This document shows positions 1 through 4,233 of a DNA stretch of 4,233 nt, piece after piece. Location of the stretch: IMG/VR virus record IMGVR_UViG_2061766007_000169. One strand, given 5' to 3'. The notes below the pieces were generated by a model. It saw nothing but the letters and a program-made list of their open reading frames with translations. It was not told the origin of the DNA and ran no database searches. The stretch is from an uncultured virus (IMG/VR IMGVR_UViG_2061766007_000169). Its lineage: Duplodnaviria > Heunggongvirae > Uroviricota > Caudoviricetes. How positions within the stretch are numbered: position 1 is the stretch's first letter; every line of letters begins with the position of its first letter. Made by a program: the position numbers and the translations under genes.

Positions 1-1
1 G

Positions 2-3000
2 GAGACTATGCTCAACAACCAGGGATACAACAGATGTATGTCGGTTATTAAGGCTAAGGTAGAATCCAACGAGAAGCTTACCAAGTACGATATCGCCCTT
101 GCAGAGATGCTGATGAAATCCGCTGAACTTGAGGGCAACTACACAGATGCTCTTCAGCTTCTTGCCGATATAGCTATTATCGGTACGAACGCAGGTCAGG
201 TAGTCCAGGCGATGAGCATGATCAAGAAGCTTACTCCGAGAGGACAGCTTTACTATATGCAGACGCTCGTCAACAGACTGAACCGCACTTACGAAAAAGC
301 GATTAATGATCCGAAGAACAAGATGAATAAGATCATTATTCCGGATGCCAACGCTCAGGCTGTACTCACGGCAAGGACACAGGAAGATTTCGACAAGGCT
401 GTTGAGGATCTGAAACAGGCAATAGCCGATCAGATTCCGGCAACATGGGTAGACAAGTGGAATGCATGGCGTTATCTGGCAATGCTCGGTAACCCAAGGA
501 CTCATGTACGTAANNNNNNNNNNTCTGAAGCAGGCAATAGCTGATCAGATTCCGGCAACATGGGTAGACAAGTGGAACGCATGGCGTTATCTGGCAATGC
601 TCGGTAACCCAAGGACTCATGTACGTAACCTCTTCGGTAACGGAATGTTTGCTCCGGCGGTGTTCGTTAAGGATCTGATCGCAAGGGAACTTGAGTCTCA
701 TACGAATCTGGTCGATCCGGAGAAACGCTCACGGCTCGCAGGCGCGACTTTCGATAAGAACTCTGCCTACATGAGGTTTGCGGAAGAGAACTTCAAAGTA
801 ATGAAGGACATCCTCTCCGGTGAAGCTACGGACAACAAGTACACCAACCTCAACGAGATCATGAAGCTTCGTAAGATCTGGAGTGACGGACCGATAGGGC
901 AGTTCATCAAAGGCGCTTCCGATCTGAACAGCAAAGGACTTGAAGCAGAAGACCTTATCTTCCTTAAACTGTACTACAAGAGAGCGTTCGCAGAGTTCCT
1001 GCAGGCGAGGGGTGTAAAGGAAGAAGACCTTAACTCTACCTGGGGTACTACCAAGGAAACCAAGAAAGTTATGTACGAAGCACAGGCATGGGCGTTGAGG
1101 GAAGCACAGCGGAATACGTACCGCGATGCCAACGCAATCGCTACTACGCTGAACCAGTTGAAGCACAAGAACGCCGCATCTTACGTACTGCTTGAGGGTC
1201 TTGTTCCGTTTACCAAGACTCCGCTTAATATCCTCAACAGAGGTATTGAGTACTCACCGATTGGCCTTATCCAGAGCATTGTCACACTGACAAGGGATCT
1301 GAGAAGCGGACAGTTTACCACAAGTGAAGCAATCGACAGACTCGCTGCCNNNNNNNNNNTAACAGAGGTATTGAGTACTCGCCGATCGGTCTTATCCAGA
1401 GTATCGTTACGCTGACAAGAGATTTGAGAAGCGGACAGTTTACCACAAGTGAAGCAATCGACAGACTCGCTGCCGGACTGACCGGAACATTCGGTCTTAC
1501 TCTGCTTGGGTTTATTCTCGCACAGTTTGGCCTGCTTCGCGGCATGGGTCCGGATGACGATAAGGAACGTGAGTTCGATACACTGCAGGGGCATCAGAAC
1601 TGGTCAATCGAAATCGGCGATGTAAGCTACACGATTGACTGGATGGCACCGGCTGCTCTGCCGCTGTTCGTTGGATGCTCTATCCACGATATGCTTCAGG
1701 GAGACTTCAACGCATTCACAGTATGGGATATCGGTACGGCATTGTCACGGATCGCTGAACCGCTTACCGCTCTGTCTATGCTCGATGGTCTCAACTCCAC
1801 GCTGTCCTCTATCGCATCCGCACAGGAGAACTCCTCGCTGTCAACACTCGCCGGATCTATGCTGATGAGTTATGTCAGCCAGGGTATGCCGACACTTGCC
1901 GGACAGTTTGCGAGAGTGTTTGATAAAGACCGCAGAGCAACCTACGTAGATAAGAACAGTACTGTTCCGGCCGCATTGCAGAAGTTCATTCAGAAATCCA
2001 TTCAGGCTAAAGTGCCGGGATGGGAGAACCAGAAGATGGCTTATGTGGATGAGTGGGGAAGAACAGACAGTTCTGATACAGTAGGCGAGATTGTATGGAA
2101 GATCGTTGAGAACTTCCTCTCTCCGGGTTACGGAAACAAGATCGTCTCTACTTCTGTTGATGACGAGCTCAAAAGACTTTACGAAACTACAAAGGACAAC
2201 TCGGTACTTCCGAACAAGGGTGCTAAGTACCTGACCAACGAGGGCGAGAAGAAAGACTTCACCGCCAAGGAATACGAAGAGTTCTCCAAGGTACGAGGCG
2301 CAACTGCTTTTGATCTGCTTACCGAGATCTTCGCCACGAGCGAATACCAGGCTCTTGACGATGACAACAAGAAGAAGATCATCGAGAGTGTCTACTCTTA
2401 CGCAGACAGTATCGCAAAGCAGGAGATCGTACCTGACATGGCTCTGAGGTCAAAGTGGATGGATACAGCAAAGGCTATCGGACCGGCTGATTATATCCTT
2501 ATCAAGAGCGACATCGATGACAGCAAGACAAACGAAAAGCTGTTCGCCTATCTCGCATCCAACCCACGGCTGAATGAATCCCAGATCGCAACCATCATAG
2601 CACAGAAGTACGATGCCCCGGATGAAGTGAAGAGCGTATCGAGCAACGGATACATTTACTCCCTTACTGAAGAAGATGAAGAAGCCATGAGCAACATCTT
2701 TGCTGAGGTAGTGAATGAACGCCTTGCAGAACTGCGGAGAGATCCGGCATACCTCAACGCTGATTCCAAAGAGCAGGGGAGACTGATCAACGATCTGTAC
2801 GCCCAGGCGAGGGAAGATACCAAGACGCTTTATGGCTCTATGCTTGATGGGAGCGGAAGAGCGATGGAACTTGGAAAGGCAAGTTCTGTCGGCAGGGAAG
2901 CNNNNNNNNNNAAGACTGATCAACGATCTGTACGCCCAGGCGAAGGAAGATACCAAGACGCTTTATGGCTCTATGCTTGATGGAAGCGGAAGAGCGATGG

Positions 3001-3340
3001 AACTTGGAAAGGCAAGTTCTGTCGGCAGGGAAGCATTCCAGATTGTACTCGATGTTGACGGCGGTACATCAGAGCAGGCGGGATGGCTATCCGATATGTA
3101 CTCCGCTGATAAATCGATTAAAAACCCACTGCACTCCGGTTTTAATCTGAGCCTTGACAACGCACAGCGCAGAGAACTGAAACAGGAATTCGCCAACGCA
3201 TGGAACACGGCATACAAAGACCTTGTTAATTCGGCAGAGTTCAAGTCCGCTCCGAGCAGAGCGTACAAGAACAACATGATCGCTGACAGATACAATGCCG
3301 TAGCACAGCAGGTAGAAGAAGCATACGCTGCCAGCGTGTA
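2..3340 (+). CDS. Large phage protein (>=986 aa after collapsing gap-flanking duplications); probable internal virion / DNA-ejection protein of the 'large polyvalent protein' type; probably 5'-partial
   Basis: ORF pieces 8..544, 462..1415, 1424..2980 and 2832..3377 overlap by identical or near-identical peptides across the N gaps. Removing 514-628, 1350-1474 and 2902-3034 (373 bp) leaves 2958 bp = 986 sense codons from ATG 8 to GTG 3336-3338, with no stop or frameshift. The frame is also open upstream to the window edge (GAG ACT at 2-7). Motifs are WRYLAMLGNPRTHVRNLFGN, PFTKTPLNILNRGIEYSP, a hydrophobic helix, then GMGPDDDKERE...GHQNWSIEIGDVSYTIDW and YVDEWGR. From my recall (no search run) these resemble the C-terminal halves of giant phage internal virion proteins. 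The frame ends GTG TA|N, so a TAA/TAG stop at 3339-3341 is possible but not visible. Confidence 0.75.
409..628 (+). repeat. Gap-flanking duplication 1 (105 bp: 409-513 vs 524-628), probable assembly artefact of two haplotypes
   Basis: Direct comparison gives 3 mismatches (A415/G530, C427/T542, T463/C578), all synonymous. The last 50 bp before the Ns are identical. Confidence 0.9.
1235..1474 (+). repeat. Gap-flanking duplication 2 (115 bp: 1235-1349 vs 1360-1474), probable assembly artefact of two haplotypes
   Basis: 10 mismatches (copy-1 positions 1235, 1256, 1262, 1265, 1277, 1280, 1283, 1286, 1295, 1299), all synonymous (1235 presumed, because its codon is cut by the gap). The last 50 bp are identical. 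Confidence 0.9.
1469..1537 (+). other. Hydrophobic Gly-rich segment, possible membrane-inserting helix of the large protein
   Basis: AAGLTGTFGLTLLGFILAQFGLL is 23 residues with no charged residue, flanked by DRL and RGMGPDDDKERE. Confidence 0.6.
2243..3326 (+). repeat. Three degenerate ~62-aa helical protein repeats in the C-terminus of the large protein (2243-2428, 2648-2833, 3138-3326)
   Basis: Manual alignment: R1 vs R2 is gapless with 12/62 identities; R2 vs R3 has 13 identities with one 1-aa indel. Not evident at the DNA level. Confidence 0.6.
2779..3034 (+). repeat. Gap-flanking duplication 3 (123 bp: 2779-2901 vs 2912-3034), probable assembly artefact of two haplotypes
   Basis: 3 mismatches: G2779/A2912 (presumed synonymous), G2811/A2944 (Arg/Lys) and G2851/A2984 (synonymous). 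The last 50 bp are identical. Confidence 0.9.
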
Positions 3341-3350
3341 NNNNNNNNNN
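3341..3350. other. Scaffold gap without flanking duplication, joining the end of the large protein gene to the middle of the DNA polymerase gene
   Basis: 10 Ns with no shared sequence on the two sides. The downstream frame already begins in the polymerase region, with no exonuclease domain. Confidence 0.85.
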
Positions 3351-3351
3351 G

Positions 3352-4233
3352 GTCTATTCGCAGTTGAATGCCGATGAGACGAAAGCCGTACTGCAATTGA
3401 GGGAAGAGTTTTCCAAATCCTCAAATAAAAAGTACGAAGCGTTTCTCAGATCATGCTGTGCGGATAACCATGTCCGAGGTACATTTCAGTTCTACGGAGC
3501 AGGTACGGGCAGATGGGCAGGGAGACTTGTACAGCTTCAGAATCTACCGCATGATACNNNNNNNNNNTGAAGCGTTTCTCAGATCATGCTGTGCGGATAA
3601 CCATGTCCGAGGTACGTTTCAGTTCTACGGAGCGGGTACCGGCAGATGGGCAGGGAGACTTGTACAGCTTCAGAATCTACCGCATGATACATTGCCGGAT
3701 CTCGATGATGCCAGGATGCTTGCTCTGCTCGGTGACGAGGAAGACTTTGAGTGTATGTATCCTCGTGTTCAGTCGGCATTGTCTGCACTCATTCGCACTA
3801 TGATAATTCCGGAAGACGGACAGACCCTTGCGGTGGCGGACTTCTCTGCAATCGAAGCAAGGGTAATAGCGTGGCTTGCCGGAGAGGAGTGGCGAGTGGA
3901 TGCGTTTGCTACCGGAAAAGATATTTACTGCGAGTCGGCTTCACGAGCGTTTGGTATCCCGGTCGAGAAGCATGGACAGAACAGCGAGTATCGGAAATTC
4001 GGGAAGGTCATTGAACTCGCCTGCGGATATGGTGGATCAACAGGGGCAATGCTGAACTTTACATCCATGTATCATCTGACCATGACTGAGGAAGAGATGA
4101 TTGACCTTGTCGATAAATGGAGAAACGCATCCCCCCACATCGTTGCTTTCTGGAAGAGTATTGAGTCTGCAGCCATCCGTTGTGTTAAAAGGAAAGAGCC
4201 GACAGAATCTACAGTAGGATCTATTCGGTTTGA
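3352..4233 (+). CDS. polA: Phage family A DNA polymerase (SPO2/APSE-like), internal fragment lacking both N- and C-terminus
   Basis: Frame 3352-3557 reads VYSQLNADETKAVLQLREEFSKSSNKKYEAFLRSCCADNHVRGTFQFYGAGTGRWAGRLVQLQNLPHD. The frame from 3569 repeats the last 40 aa and continues ...LSALIRTMIIPEDGQTLAVADFSAIEARVIAWLAGEEWRVDAFATGKDIYCESASRAFGIPVEKHGQNSEYRKFGKVIELACGYGGSTGAM...WRNASPHIVAFWK..., open to the window end (249 codons after collapsing). TGRWAG..QNLP, motif A DFSAIEAR (3839-3862) and motif B R...K...L...YG (3992-4033) are diagnostic of Pol A. The supplied ORF track misses 3569-4233 because it has no stop. Confidence 0.93.
3435..3690 (+). repeat. Gap-flanking duplication 4 (123 bp: 3435-3557 vs 3568-3690), probable assembly artefact of two haplotypes
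   Basis: 4 mismatches (C3435/T3568 presumed synonymous; A3483/G3616, A3501/G3634 and G3507/C3640 synonymous in the polymerase frame). The last 50 bp are identical. Confidence 0.9.

Larger units (their letters stand above)
1..4233 (+). mobile_element. Bacteriophage/prophage-derived region
   Basis: Phage-type Pol A plus a giant virion-like protein, co-oriented and densely coding. No host housekeeping gene, integrase or att site is visible in the window. Confidence 0.75.

Noticed and set aside
1..10. GGAG...ATG as ribosome-binding site and true start at 8
   Set aside because: Only 3 nt separate GGAG from ATG, and the frame is open to the window edge, so the gene probably starts upstream.
409..3690. 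Diversity-generating retroelement TR/VR pairs (~100-120 bp near-identical repeats)
   Set aside because: Mismatches are not adenine-specific (many are C/T) and are almost all synonymous. Each pair straddles an N gap, and no reverse transcriptase is visible.
409..3690. Real tandem duplications, programmed frameshifts or pseudogenisation
   Set aside because: Frame changes occur only at N gaps and vanish exactly when gap plus duplicate is removed. The constant 50-bp identical tail points to the assembler.
366..3788. Minus-strand ORFs (366-701, 729-1166, 974-1168, 1181-1594, 1315-1545, 2179-2382, 2450-2956, 2963-3424, 3579-3788)
   Set aside because: They are antisense shadows of the long + strand genes with no recognisable motifs. 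Haplotype changes are synonymous in the + frames.
1635..4014. Short alternative-frame + ORFs (1635-1865, 2965-3150, 3591-3803, 3751-4014)
   Set aside because: They lie out of frame inside well-supported CDSs, have atypical Cys/Arg/Ser-rich composition and show no motifs.
4231..4233. TGA at the window end as the polymerase stop
   Set aside because: It is out of frame (codons are TTT 4229-4231 then GA-), and motif C has not yet been reached.
2..4233. Stop-codon reassignment (alternative genetic code phage)
   Set aside because: Both reconstructed frames are free of internal TAG/TGA/TAA under the standard code, so nothing supports recoding.
3352..4233. Modified-base (e.g. 2-aminoadenine DpoZ-type) polymerase, or intein/intron insertion
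   Set aside because: No purZ or other modification genes are in the window, and motif spacing from TGRWAG to A to B looks normal with no insertion. This cannot be supported from the fragment.

Overview
Fragment of what is most likely a bacteriophage or prophage scaffold from a mixed-strain (probably metagenomic) assembly, with five 10-N gaps. Four gaps (514-523, 1350-1359, 2902-2911, 3558-3567) are flanked by 105-123 bp near-identical duplications. These look like two haplotypes of the same locus placed in tandem by the assembler: every pair ends in exactly 50 identical bases before the Ns. Collapsing them turns the four + strand ORF pieces at 8-3340 into one uninterrupted frame of at least 986 aa. 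The protein resembles large phage internal virion/DNA-ejection ('large polyvalent') proteins and has a hydrophobic helix and three degenerate C-terminal helical repeats. After the one gap without a duplication (3341-3350), the sequence enters the middle of a phage family A DNA polymerase. It shows motif A (DFSAIEAR) and motif B (RKFGKVIELACGYG, Leu at the E. coli 762-equivalent position) and runs off the window end. The haplotype pairs differ at 20 of 466 sites; 19 changes are synonymous and 19 are transitions. I see no convincing evidence of a wholly new system. The best leads are the giant protein's architecture, the dense synonymous patch and the unexplained junction.
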